The notes under the pieces: model-generated | What the model was told of the DNA's origin: nothing | Databases searched by the model: none | What the model saw: only the letters and a program-made list of their open reading frames with translations | Part shown: piece after piece, positions 30,600 to 42,210 of the stretch | How positions within the stretch are numbered: the first letter of the stretch is position 1 | Layout of the letters: every line of letters begins with the position of its first letter | DNA from: Escherichia phage vB_EcoM_SA20RB | DNA length: 64,000 nucleotides | Reading direction: 5' to 3' (one strand) | Sequence record: OL960581 | Translations under genes and position numbers: made by a program

Positions 30600-30949
30600 T
30601 TAGAAAGGTCCTGGATGTCTTCTGCGAACTTGTTGAAGGAGTTGTTGATTTGTTTTTCAACCAATCCTGGCTTATGAGCCACCACATCCGCCTTCTTTGC
30701 GTCTTTGCGCAGTTTTTCATTTTCACGCTCAATAGCAGCAATTGCCTCACGATTTTTATTATTCATCGCATCAATATAATTATACTGAATTCGCAAATTA
30801 TCTAATGCTAAAGCGTTTTCATTGGCCGTTTTTGTAATTTCTACAACAGACGTTTCTAATCTTTCAATTTTACTTTTTAAAATTAAAGAAGTTCCGCCCA
30901 ATGCAATTACAATTAATAGCAAGCCTGCTGTCGTATTACTTAATTGCAT
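30596..30949 (-). CDS. N-terminal TM plus coiled-coil protein, likely i-spanin (position of T4 pseT.3)
   Basis: 117 aa; hydrophobic N-terminal segment then a charged helical region; ATGA overlap with the lipoprotein ORF. Confidence 0.7.
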   Translation of the reverse strand: MQLSNTTAGLLLIVIALGGTSLILKSKIERLETSVVEITKTANENALALDNLRIQYNYIDAMNNKNREAIAAIERENEKLRKDAKKADVVAHKPGLVEKQINNSFNKFAEDIQDLSK

Positions 30950-31446
30950 AAAGTTTTAATAACCTCTATAATATCGTCTTGAGAAAGACCGTTAATTAAA
31001 ATATGATGTTCAGCAGGAGATTTAGAAATTTTAAAGCATGCCTCAACATCTTCTGCCATATCCGATGCGCTACGATTTGGATTACTGATTCCAAGACGAT
31101 GTTTTCCCGTCAAAGGATTAACGATGATGTAGCATTTACAATTATTGATATGAACATTAGGTTGAGTCTGATTAATGAACACATCACAATCATATTTCGC
31201 AAGCTGATTTTCTAAAAAGACTTTCATCTCCTCAACTGCATCAGGAAGCATATCACGGGCTTGCTCAAGACGACGATTTCGATATTCTTTAATGGTCGTT
31301 TTCCGCTTGACTTGCTTAGCTAAATCTTTCTTAAGATCGGTGATATATCCAACTCGACGATTTCCTTTAAATACAGAAATCCCATCTGTAGTATCACCGT
31401 ATGCTTCAACGACCATCTCAGTAGTAATAAGCTGCAAATCCATCAT
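30940..31446 (-). CDS. alc: Alc, inhibitor of host transcription on cytosine-containing DNA
   Basis: 168-aa ORF (167 from the second Met, as in T4); sequence recognised. Confidence 0.85.
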   Translation of the reverse strand: MMDLQLITTEMVVEAYGDTTDGISVFKGNRRVGYITDLKKDLAKQVKRKTTIKEYRNRRLEQARDMLPDAVEEMKVFLENQLAKYDCDVFINQTQPNVHINNCKCYIIVNPLTGKHRLGISNPNRSASDMAEDVEACFKISKSPAEHHILINGLSQDDIIEVIKTLCN

Positions 31447-31474
31447 AAAGTCCTCATGTTATGTCAGTAAAATT

Positions 31475-31504
31475 ACTATAACACAACACGAGGGACTTGT
31501 AAAC
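31475..31504 (-). promoter_or_regulatory. T4-type early promoter, near-identical to the copy at 15696-15725
   Basis: Minus strand reads GTTTACA, 17 nt, TATAGT; the spacer differs from the other copy at one position. Confidence 0.6.
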
Positions 31505-31507
31505 AGC

Positions 31508-33095
<1,588 letters not shown>

Positions 33096-33122
33096 AATAA
33101 AATGGGCCTTGCGGCCCACTCC
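33096..33122 (-). promoter_or_regulatory. structured ribosome-binding site: hairpin between the SD and the denA start codon
   Basis: Minus strand reads TAA-GGAG-TGGGCCGCAAGGCCCA-TTTTATT-ATG; the 5-bp GC hairpin would bring the SD to a normal distance from the ATG. Confidence 0.45.
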
Positions 33123-34292
33123 TTAAAAATATTTTTTAAAACTCATCATAACTTTATCATCAACATCATTATCAATCTGTGCTACAAGGTAAGATGACAG
33201 TTCTACTTCTTGTGGCGCGGATTGAACATTATCAGAATTAAGATATTCACGAATCCAAGGATACGGGTGTTTAACCGGAGCATCGGTAATTGGGCATGGA
33301 AGACCGCACTGTTTCATACGAGATACAGTTAAGTAATCAATAAAGCTCCACATGCTATTTGTATTTAATCCAGGAACATCACCATCTTTAAATAAATGAA
33401 CTGCCCAGTCTTTTTCTTGACGGTTAACTTCCATGAAAATATCAACTGCTTCTTGTTCACACTCTTGGGTGATTTTAACCCATTCATCACCATCAGTGCC
33501 AAGTTGAAGTTGACGAATAATATATTGGGTGCCTTTAAGGTGAAGCTGCTCATCACGTGCAATGAACTTCATAATCTTGGCATTACCTTCCATGATTTCC
33601 ATGTTCTTATGGAAGTTAAAGGTACATGCGAAAGATACATAAAAACGAATAGCTTCCAATGCGTTGATTACGTGCAGGCAGAGGTAAAGAGATTTCATTA
33701 GTGCTCGTTTAGTACATTCAACAACTTTGCCTAACTCTTCTTTACGAAATCCTTCTGATAAAATTCCTTCATAATCTTCAACCGCATTCTGATATTCACG
33801 AGTCTTAACTAGAACATCATCATAATAGCGACCGATAGATTCAGCACGTTTCATGATAGCTTCATCTAGTACAATCTCATCAAATACCTTCGATGGATCA
33901 GTATAAAGATTTCGCATGATATGAGTATATGAACGACTGTGAATAGTTTCACTAAAAGTCCATGTAGCAACCCATGTATCAAGACTTGGGTCTGAAATTA
34001 ATGACATAAGTACAGCAGACGGTGCACGACCCTGAATGCTATCTAGAAGTGATTGATACTTCAAGTTATTAGTAAAAATATCTTGCTGATACTGAGGAAG
34101 CTTGTTAAATTGTGCAGCATCCATCATCAAGTTTACTTCTTCAGGACGCCAGAAAAATGATAATTGCTTTTCGGTTAAATCTTCAAAAACTTTATGGCGT
34201 TGAATATCATAACGCGCAATACCAAGACCTGAACCGAAGAACATAGGTTCTTTTAAAACATCAACTGGATTTGTATTAAAAACTGTGCTCAT
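33123..34292 (-). CDS. nrdB: ribonucleotide reductase beta subunit (uninterrupted, no intron)
   Basis: 389 aa continuous ORF; T4 NrdB as recalled is 388 aa. Confidence 0.95.
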   Translation of the reverse strand: MSTVFNTNPVDVLKEPMFFGSGLGIARYDIQRHKVFEDLTEKQLSFFWRPEEVNLMMDAAQFNKLPQYQQDIFTNNLKYQSLLDSIQGRAPSAVLMSLISDPSLDTWVATWTFSETIHSRSYTHIMRNLYTDPSKVFDEIVLDEAIMKRAESIGRYYDDVLVKTREYQNAVEDYEGILSEGFRKEELGKVVECTKRALMKSLYLCLHVINALEAIRFYVSFACTFNFHKNMEIMEGNAKIMKFIARDEQLHLKGTQYIIRQLQLGTDGDEWVKITQECEQEAVDIFMEVNRQEKDWAVHLFKDGDVPGLNTNSMWSFIDYLTVSRMKQCGLPCPITDAPVKHPYPWIREYLNSDNVQSAPQEVELSSYLVAQIDNDVDDKVMMSFKKYF

Positions 34293-34343
34293 AAATTTTC
34301 CGCTTAGTTAATAGATAGTGACTCGTCCGTGAGTCAAATTATA

Positions 34344-36608
34344 TCATAATTTACAGGATGAACAATCTTCAGCTTTTGGAGTTTCTATTTCATAATCATC
34401 AGTACCAGAACCGTCGCGAGTATTATGATAATAGAAATTTTTTCCGCCAAAATACCAAAAGTACAAAAGGTCATCAATCATTATTGACATTGGAACCTTT
34501 CCTTTTGGAAAAATCTGCGGGTCATAATATGTATTCGCTGAAGCTGATTGACATACCCATTTCAGCATAATAGCTACCTGCGTAAGATAAGGTTTATTAC
34601 CTTTCTTAGCTAATTTCCATGTATAATCATATAGGTCTATGTTATGTTCAATATTGGGCACGACTTGATTAAAGGAACCCTCTTTTGATTCTTTAACAGA
34701 GACTGGTCCACGTGGAGGCTCGATACCGTTTGTACTGTTAGAAACTTGGGAAGATGACTCACATGGCATAAGTGCTGATAATGTGCTATTACGGATGCCA
34801 AAGAGCTTAAGGTCTTCCCGCAGCGACGACCAGTCACAAACGTATTTTGGAGCTGCGATTTGGTCAATCTTTTTATTGTACCAGTCGATAGGTAATTCGC
34901 CTCGAGACCAACGAGTGTCTGAATAATATTCGCAAGGTCCTTTTTCTTTGGCGAGCTTAATGGATGCTTTAATGAGTCCATACTGTAATCTCTCAAATAG
35001 TTCATGTGTTAAATCGTTAGCATCTTCATAAGAAGCAAAGTTACTTGCCAACCAAGCTGCATAGTTAGTAACACCTACACCAAGATTTCGACGCTTTTTA
35101 GCCTTTTCTGCTTCAGGAACTGGATATCCTTGGTAATCCAAAAGATTATCAAGAGCACGAACTTGGACTTCTGCTAATTCATTAATTTTATCTTGGTCTT
35201 GCCAATCGAAGTTATCTAACACAAATGCAGATAACGTGCACAATCCAATTTCAGCATCAGGACTATTCACATCATTTGTTGGAATAGCAATTTCACAGCA
35301 CAAGTTACTCTGACGAATAGGTGCCTTTTCACGAATAAATGGAGTATAGTTATTCGTATTATCAATGAACTGTACATAAATCCTTGCTGTTCCTGATCGT
35401 TCAGTCATGAGCAATTCAAACAGTTCACGGGCTTTAATACGCTTTTTGCGAATATTAGGGTCTTTTTCTGCGGCTTCATACAATTCACGGAAACGGTCTT
35501 GGTCTTTAAAATAAGAATAATAAAGCTCGCCACCCATTTCGTGTGGACTGAACAAAGTAATGTAGTCGTTCTTTCCGAATCGTTCCATCATCAAATCATT
35601 CAGTTGAACGCCATAATCCATATGACGGATACGGTTTTCTTCTACGCCTTTGTTATTTTTCAAAACGAGAAGATTTTCAACTTCCAAATGCCAAATAGGA
35701 TAATAAGCAGTAGCAGCGCCGCCACGAATTCCGCCTTGTGAACATGATTTAACAGCAGTCTGAAAATGTTTCCAAAAAGGAATAACGCCAGTATGACGCA
35801 CTTCACCTGTGCCAATCTTAGAACCTTCAGCACGAATCATACCAACGTTAATGCCAATTCCAGCTCGTTTAGAAATATACTCAACAATTGAAGCAGAAGC
35901 CTTATTGATAGACTTCAGCGAATCACCTGCTTCAATAACAACGCATGAACTAAACTGTCGAGTTGGAGTACGACAACCAGCCATAATAGGAGTTGGCAAT
36001 GAAATCTGTCGAGTAGATACTGCTTCATAAAAACGGATAACGTGTTTTAATCTATCAACAGGTTCATCTTGATGCAATGCCATTCCAATAGTCATAAATG
36101 CAAACTGTGGAGTTTCATAAATTTGACCAGTGGTTTTATCTTTAACTAGATATTTTTCTTTTAATTGCATCGCCCCGGAATAAGTAAATTCCATATCCCG
36201 CTCATGCTTAATTTTTGATTCTAAAAATGTAATTTCTTCGGCAGAATATTTTGACAACAATTCAGGGTCGTATTTACCTTCATTTACACAGTAAGAAATA
36301 TGATCAATAAATGAACGTGGTTCATACTGCCCATAAACATGCTTACGAAGAGCGAACATTAAACAGCGTGCAGCTACATATTGATAATCAGGCTCTTCAA
36401 CTGAAATAGAATTCGCAGCAGCCTTAATGACAATGGTTTGAATGTCATCAGTTGTCATTCCATCACGGAGATATGATTTAATATTTTCATATAATTCATA
36501 AGGATCTACAGATGTTCCTTCAGCTGCCCAAGATAAAACTTTAATAATTTTTTGCGGGTCAAAGCTCTGAGAAACACCACTACTTTTGATAACATTAATT
36601 AATTGCAT
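34344..36608 (-). CDS. nrdA: ribonucleotide reductase alpha subunit
   Basis: 754 aa as in T4. Confidence 0.95.
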   Translation of the reverse strand: MQLINVIKSSGVSQSFDPQKIIKVLSWAAEGTSVDPYELYENIKSYLRDGMTTDDIQTIVIKAAANSISVEEPDYQYVAARCLMFALRKHVYGQYEPRSFIDHISYCVNEGKYDPELLSKYSAEEITFLESKIKHERDMEFTYSGAMQLKEKYLVKDKTTGQIYETPQFAFMTIGMALHQDEPVDRLKHVIRFYEAVSTRQISLPTPIMAGCRTPTRQFSSCVVIEAGDSLKSINKASASIVEYISKRAGIGINVGMIRAEGSKIGTGEVRHTGVIPFWKHFQTAVKSCSQGGIRGGAATAYYPIWHLEVENLLVLKNNKGVEENRIRHMDYGVQLNDLMMERFGKNDYITLFSPHEMGGELYYSYFKDQDRFRELYEAAEKDPNIRKKRIKARELFELLMTERSGTARIYVQFIDNTNNYTPFIREKAPIRQSNLCCEIAIPTNDVNSPDAEIGLCTLSAFVLDNFDWQDQDKINELAEVQVRALDNLLDYQGYPVPEAEKAKKRRNLGVGVTNYAAWLASNFASYEDANDLTHELFERLQYGLIKASIKLAKEKGPCEYYSDTRWSRGELPIDWYNKKIDQIAAPKYVCDWSSLREDLKLFGIRNSTLSALMPCESSSQVSNSTNGIEPPRGPVSVKESKEGSFNQVVPNIEHNIDLYDYTWKLAKKGNKPYLTQVAIMLKWVCQSASANTYYDPQIFPKGKVPMSIMIDDLLYFWYFGGKNFYYHNTRDGSGTDDYEIETPKAEDCSSCKL

Positions 36609-36925
36609 AAGTCCTCAACTTGAAAATCGTCTTTAAACAATCGGTTAACTATATGAGCTATTATATCACCATGACACGGCTTTGGTTTACATGTGCATCC
36701 TAGCCTCATTCCACGTAAAGGCTCTAAATGTGCTTTAGTTATTTCTCCGGATTTAATTCGACGTATAAAATCTTTTTTGAATAATTCAATGGCAGCCTCC
36801 CGGCTGCCAGCATCTTTACCGACGTAATTTCCCCAAAATGTACCACGGTGAATATTAACATCAAAGTCGGATTTATATTTATTCACTACCCGGCATAGAC
36901 GGCCCGCGCGGTAATAGTTCGTCAT
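36599..36925 (-). CDS. conserved hypothetical protein with a GCxCxPxPCHGD motif (nrdA.1 position)
   Basis: 108-aa ORF; Cys/His motif [20 protein letters not shown]. Confidence 0.6.
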   Translation of the reverse strand: MTNYYRAGRLCRVVNKYKSDFDVNIHRGTFWGNYVGKDAGSREAAIELFKKDFIRRIKSGEITKAHLEPLRGMRLGCTCKPKPCHGDIIAHIVNRLFKDDFQVEDLCN

Positions 36926-37154
36926 ATTGTTTTTCCGTTAAAACAGTAATATCATAATAACAATCTGAAGAAGTTTTAACTGTAGAAATTTTATTGTCAA
37001 AATACTCACGAGTCATTTTATGAGTATAATATTTTTTGCCATAAATGATAATAGGCTGTTCTGGTCCTGGAACTTCTAACTCGCTTGGATTAGGAAGTGT
37101 AAAAAGAACGACACCAGAAGTATCCTTAAATCGTAAAATCATATATCCTCTCAA
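36879..37154 (-). CDS. hypothetical protein (nrdA.2 position)
   Basis: 91-aa ORF. Confidence 0.55.
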   Translation of the reverse strand: MRGYMILRFKDTSGVVLFTLPNPSELEVPGPEQPIIIYGKKYYTHKMTREYFDNKISTVKTSSDCYYDITVLTEKQYDELLPRGPSMPGSE

Positions 37155-37165
37155 TTAAATTAAAA

Positions 37166-38026
37166 TTACACCGCCATCTTTCCTTTCAAGACACCATGGG
37201 ACTGATAATCTTTGAGAACGAAATCTCGTGCTGTCATATATTCAGTTAACCAATACATTTGAGTTTCAGTATCGCATTGACTGAATCCATTAGGCCAATT
37301 AATACTAAGTTTGCATAGATCCATAGGAGTTCTATTTAATATCTCTTTGCATTGCTCAATATGGTTAGAATAAATGTGTGTATTACCACCCGAGAATACC
37401 AAATCGCCCGGAACTAGTTCACACATGTCAGCAACAATATGTAAAAGAGCAGCATAACTCGCGATGTTAAATGGAAGACCGAGGAAAACATCTACCGAAC
37501 GTTGATACCATTGTAGGTCAAGGTATCCGTTACGCACATTAAACTGATAGAACATATGACAAGGTGGTAATGCCATCTGCTTGAGTTCAGCTGGATTCCA
37601 TGCCGACACAATTTGACGTCTATCATTGGGAAATGTTTTAATACGATTAACAACTTCTACAATTTGATCTACACCACCAAAATCACGCCACTGTTTTCCG
37701 TAAATTGGACCAAGTTCACCGCTATGATAACCTAAGTCTTTGGCCTGGTTTTCGTAGTTTTCATCCCAAATTGTTTTTCCTGCAATTAAAGATCCATGAG
37801 TACGTTGACGTAAATCATTTACGTTAGTACTTCCTGATAAGAACCACAATAACTCAGAAATACATGCATTCCAGGCGAGCTTCTTAGTTGTTACTGCAGG
37901 AAAACCTTTAGTTAAATCCCAGCGTAATTTAGTACCGAACAAAGCAATTGTTCCTGTGCCTGTTCGGTCATCAGTTTCATAGCCGTTTTCAAAAATGTCT
38001 TTAATTAAATCTTGGTATTGTTTCAT
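37166..38026 (-). CDS. td: thymidylate synthase (uninterrupted, no group I intron)
   Basis: 286 aa continuous ORF, same length as the spliced T4 Td; catalytic motif PPCH. Confidence 0.95.
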   Translation of the reverse strand: MKQYQDLIKDIFENGYETDDRTGTGTIALFGTKLRWDLTKGFPAVTTKKLAWNACISELLWFLSGSTNVNDLRQRTHGSLIAGKTIWDENYENQAKDLGYHSGELGPIYGKQWRDFGGVDQIVEVVNRIKTFPNDRRQIVSAWNPAELKQMALPPCHMFYQFNVRNGYLDLQWYQRSVDVFLGLPFNIASYAALLHIVADMCELVPGDLVFSGGNTHIYSNHIEQCKEILNRTPMDLCKLSINWPNGFSQCDTETQMYWLTEYMTARDFVLKDYQSHGVLKGKMAV

Positions 38027-38070
38027 TTAGTACCTTATATAAATTATAATACATTTTATGAAGCTAATAA

Positions 38071-38418
38071 TTAATACGGTTTAGCATCAAATTTTCTTTC
38101 AATTTCAGGCGTAAAATACAATTCTTTACCACGCTTGGAAAAGCGACCAATAATATGATAATTATTCTCATCAAACGTGATATTGCCGATATCCATAGCT
38201 TTCAACCAAATATCGATATTTCTGTCAAGCTTTATATCAAAATTCCAATACGGAGAACTATTACCGAAAATACTACAAGCGGATTCAGTGAAACAACTGC
38301 TATAAATCTTGTCTTTAGGAACTACTAATTGATAGACGCCTTTAATAAACTGAGGACCCTGCCAATTTGGTTGTTTCGCGTCTTTTTCTAATAGAATAGG
38401 GTAATAATTAAAATTCAT
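38071..38418 (-). CDS. hypothetical protein in a frd-td insertion
   Basis: 115-aa ORF occupying a 411-bp gap between frd and td; no motif recognised by eye. Confidence 0.6.
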   Translation of the reverse strand: MNFNYYPILLEKDAKQPNWQGPQFIKGVYQLVVPKDKIYSSCFTESACSIFGNSSPYWNFDIKLDRNIDIWLKAMDIGNITFDENNYHIIGRFSKRGKELYFTPEIERKFDAKPY

Positions 38419-38437
38419 ATTTTCCGCCAGTGTTATT

Positions 38438-39260
<823 letters not shown>

Positions 39261-39264
<4 letters not shown>

Positions 39265-39503
39265 TTTAATTCCTCAATATAAAATATGTCAGACGGTTCA
39301 ATATAATTGTTAGAGCGTTGGCCATGATAATTATAAATGCAAAAGTAAAATTTATTTTTAAATTTATTTCGCACTAAAGAAACCGTATAGTAATCACCAT
39401 TTAAGGTTTGAACGACAAATAAATTATCATAATAAGTTAGATTTTTGTAGATATCAGCAATATCTATGTCTTCCCCAACCTTAAGCAAATTTAGTGTTTT
39501 CAC
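39261..39503 (-). CDS. hypothetical protein
   Basis: 80-aa ORF. Confidence 0.55.
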
Positions 39504-39512
39504 TATATTTCC

Positions 39513-39755
39513 TCAGACAGACTTTTTCACAATTTTCCAATCAGCTTTAAACTGATCAACGTCAGAATGGTAAATCCAGAATCCTGCGCTTTCTCCATCC
39601 TCATAAAGAGGGCATCCATCGCATTCATCTTCCCATCCCATATCACGCAAAAGACGTTCAGCTTTTTCAACAAGTTCAGAATCTTTACCGATGATATTAA
39701 AATACCATTTACCCCTAACTTCTGAATCTTTAATGCTCTGACGTTGTAATCTCAT
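39513..39755 (-). CDS. hypothetical protein
   Basis: 80-aa ORF; early promoter upstream. Confidence 0.55.
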   Translation of the reverse strand: MRLQRQSIKDSEVRGKWYFNIIGKDSELVEKAERLLRDMGWEDECDGCPLYEDGESAGFWIYHSDVDQFKADWKIVKKSV

Positions 39756-39780
39756 TTTATTCTCCTTAGTTGATAGGGTA

Positions 39781-39810
39781 ATAGTATCACACTACTACCC
39801 TTCTGTAAAC
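39781..39810 (-). promoter_or_regulatory. T4-type early promoter
   Basis: Minus strand reads GTTTACA, 17 nt, TACTAT. Confidence 0.55.
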
Positions 39811-40187
39811 TACTTTTTGAAAGTTTTTCGCAAAAGTTCAATGATTTCATCTACATTGTTTTCGTCAACAATGCAATGAATTTTTGTTACGCCAGAAACC
39901 TTGTCTTCGACTTCATCTTCAGAAGTCGGTTCTTTATACTCACGAAAACAATGAAATTCATCTTCGCAAATTTCTAAAAGTCTATCTTTGAGATAAAAAT
40001 GCTTTCCATTTGCACATTCAATGTGTTTTACTGCTTTGTATCCATTGGCGACGGAAACTTCTTTAACTTCAAACCATCCGCCATTATCTCGAATAGCTTT
40101 AACTATTGATGAATTAGAACGTGGGCTATAATTAATAAATGTATCAATAAGTCTTGGAACAAGTTCATACTTTTTGCCAATATACAT
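39810..40187 (-). CDS. hypothetical protein
   Basis: 125-aa ORF. Confidence 0.6.
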   Translation of the reverse strand: MYIGKKYELVPRLIDTFINYSPRSNSSIVKAIRDNGGWFEVKEVSVANGYKAVKHIECANGKHFYLKDRLLEICEDEFHCFREYKEPTSEDEVEDKVSGVTKIHCIVDENNVDEIIELLRKTFKK

Positions 40188-40231
40188 TACGTTTTCCTCA
40201 TTTTAACGGGGCTGTAATAGCCCCCTGATAA

Positions 40232-40462
40232 TTATTGTTCAATCAATCCCATGTAAAATTCTGCGTCTTCAGAATCCATGCCGTCACAATACTCATTAGC
40301 CATAAAGCGGGTGAGGTCTTCAAGAGGACCTTCAATGACAATAGAAAAATTGCAATAATTGGGATCATCGTGAATACTTGTGATACTAAGTTCAGGATAA
40401 CGATTACGAATAATTTCTTCAATATATTCAAAATCAACGATGTCAATATCAACTTTAGCCAT
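40232..40462 (-). CDS. hypothetical acidic protein
   Basis: ORF track gives 40232..40483; the internal Met (MAKVDIDIV) is preceded by SD AAAGAGGAAA, so the shorter form is preferred. Confidence 0.5.
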   Translation of the reverse strand: MAKVDIDIVDFEYIEEIIRNRYPELSITSIHDDPNYCNFSIVIEGPLEDLTRFMANEYCDGMDSEDAEFYMGLIEQ

Positions 40463-40505
40463 ATTATTTTCCTCTTTAATCATCAGCAGTATTGCCGATA
40501 GTTGT

Positions 40506-40535
40506 ATAGTACCACGGAAGAACAGGGATGTAAAC
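40506..40535 (-). promoter_or_regulatory. T4-type early promoter
   Basis: Minus strand reads GTTTACA, 17 nt, TACTAT, with an AT-rich upstream element. Confidence 0.6.
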
Positions 40536-40551
40536 AGTTTTGTGAAAAAAT

Positions 40552-40585
40552 TTTTGAAATAAAAAAGGGGACCTCTAGGGTCCCC
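40552..40585 (-). terminator. terminator hairpin GGGGACC-TCTA-GGGTCCCC downstream of gene 32
   Basis: GC stem followed on the minus strand by TTTTTTATTTC. Confidence 0.7.
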
Positions 40586-40607
40586 AATTAATTAGTAATA
40601 TAATCTA

Positions 40608-41516
40608 TTAAAGGTCATTCAAAAGGTCATCCAGGTCCGTGTCATCAGCACTAGATGAACTGCCAGAGCTTGAGCTCATAAAATCATCTTCAGTTTTTGT
40701 TTTGAAGTCATCAACATTAAATGCATCCAAATCATCAGCAACTTTATCAGCTTTCTTAGCGGCAGTCGCTGCGGCACCACCCATAGCAGCAGTTCCCATA
40801 ACTTGACTGAACTTAGTGCTCAGTTCTTCAAACGATTTGAATTTATCTTTAGAAGTCATTTCAGAAAGGTCAACCATTTGTTCGAACAGTTCTTTCTGGA
40901 AAGATTCATCATCAATGTTTGGAATCGCAGATTGATTCAGGAATTTAGATTCGTCGTAGTTACTAAAACCAGAAACTTGTTTAACTTTCAGTACAAAGTT
41001 AGCACCTTCCCACGGACAAGTTACATCAACCGGAGTTTCACCCATTTCAACATCAACTGCAATCATTGCATTGATTTTATCCCAGATTTTCTTACCGAAA
41101 CGGTATTTAAATACTTTACCTTCATTTTCTGGAGCAGCTGGGTCTTTTACAACAAGAATGTTAGCCCAGTAAGAAGTTTTACGTTTAACAAGACCGTACT
41201 CTTTATTGTCAGTGTTATACAAATCATTTTTACTGATGTACTGACATACTGGACAAGAATCGTAATCACCGTAGGTAGATGAGCATGTTTCGATATACCA
41301 TTTACCATTTTTCTTGAAACCGTGATTTACAAGAAGTGCAAATGGTGCTTGTTCATCATTTTTAGACGGAAGAAAACGAATTACTGCTTGACCGTTACCC
41401 GCATTATCGAGTTTCAGTTTCCACTCGCCTTTATCTTCAGAAGAAAAACCACCTTTATTTCCAGCCAGTTTAGCCATTTGTGCAGCGAGTTCAGCAGTAG
41501 ATTTACGTTTAAACAT
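40608..41516 (-). CDS. 32: single-stranded DNA-binding protein gp32
   Basis: 302 aa (T4 301); sequence recognised, including the acidic C-terminal tail. Confidence 0.95.
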   Translation of the reverse strand: MFKRKSTAELAAQMAKLAGNKGGFSSEDKGEWKLKLDNAGNGQAVIRFLPSKNDEQAPFALLVNHGFKKNGKWYIETCSSTYGDYDSCPVCQYISKNDLYNTDNKEYGLVKRKTSYWANILVVKDPAAPENEGKVFKYRFGKKIWDKINAMIAVDVEMGETPVDVTCPWEGANFVLKVKQVSGFSNYDESKFLNQSAIPNIDDESFQKELFEQMVDLSEMTSKDKFKSFEELSTKFSQVMGTAAMGGAAATAAKKADKVADDLDAFNVDDFKTKTEDDFMSSSSGSSSSADDTDLDDLLNDL

Positions 41517-41553
41517 TTTTATTTCCTTTTTAATTTAATTTAATTTAATTAAC
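41517..41553 (-). promoter_or_regulatory. gene 32 translational operator (AT-rich repeated UUAAA region)
   Basis: Minus strand reads GTTAATTAAATTAAATTAAATTAAAAAGGAAATAAAA-ATG, matching the known gp32 autoregulatory binding region. Confidence 0.6.
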
Positions 41554-41576
41554 AGTTGGTGCTATGACACTTTACC

Positions 41577-42209
41577 TCATAGCTGGCATAATTCGCAATA
41601 CTCTGGGTCTTCGAGAGGTATCCAACCTGAGTTGAAATACTTTACCATCGATTTAGCAGTTGTATCAGTTATATTTATATTACCTTTAACTCTTCGCCAT
41701 CCAGGAGTTTTACCGTACAGATTAGAGGATAATAATAACACATAATTCTCGTAAGCAATATGAGATAATTTCCAAGACTCTATATTAGCTCGTGATGTTT
41801 TCCAAGGTCTAAAATCGTCACGGTTCATATAATTAGCCAATCTCATATGCTCTCTAACTTCCGGGTCTTTGGCTGGATGAGTTTCACCACTCACACCAAA
41901 TCCACCACCAGCATATACCAGATTAAAATAGTCTGGATTATCTCTGGCATTTACTTCAAGTTGGTATTTTCGTTCTGCTTCAATAACATCCAAGTCATCA
42001 TCAATTTGAATTATTTTAACGCTCGGTTTTTGAAGCATTAGCGCATTCAAAAATCTTTTTTGTTTACATGAGCTCCAGTATTCCTTTCCGGAAGAGTCAT
42101 ATATTATTCCGTTCTCAAATGAGCAATTTAATTTACTACCGATATAGTAGTATGGCGGAGTCTTATTTTTGACACGGTCTTCAAATGTAAACCAATATAC
42201 TATATTCAT
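41577..42209 (-). mobile_element. free-standing GIY-YIG homing-endonuclease-like gene between 32 and 59 (segG-like)
   Basis: 210-aa ORF; N-terminal GIY-YIG-like motif IVYWFTF...YYYIGSK; occupies the position of T4 segG. Confidence 0.7.
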
Positions 42210-42210
42210 A

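Noticed and set aside
38071-38418. Possibility that the frd-td insert encodes a homing endonuclease
   Set aside because: No GIY-YIG, HNH, LAGLIDADG or His-Cys box motif visible in the 115-aa protein; kept as a hypothetical protein.
40235-40501. 88-aa plus-strand ORF overlapping a minus-strand early gene
   Set aside because: AT-rich antisense frame with no SD; the minus-strand ORF has a promoter and an SD.
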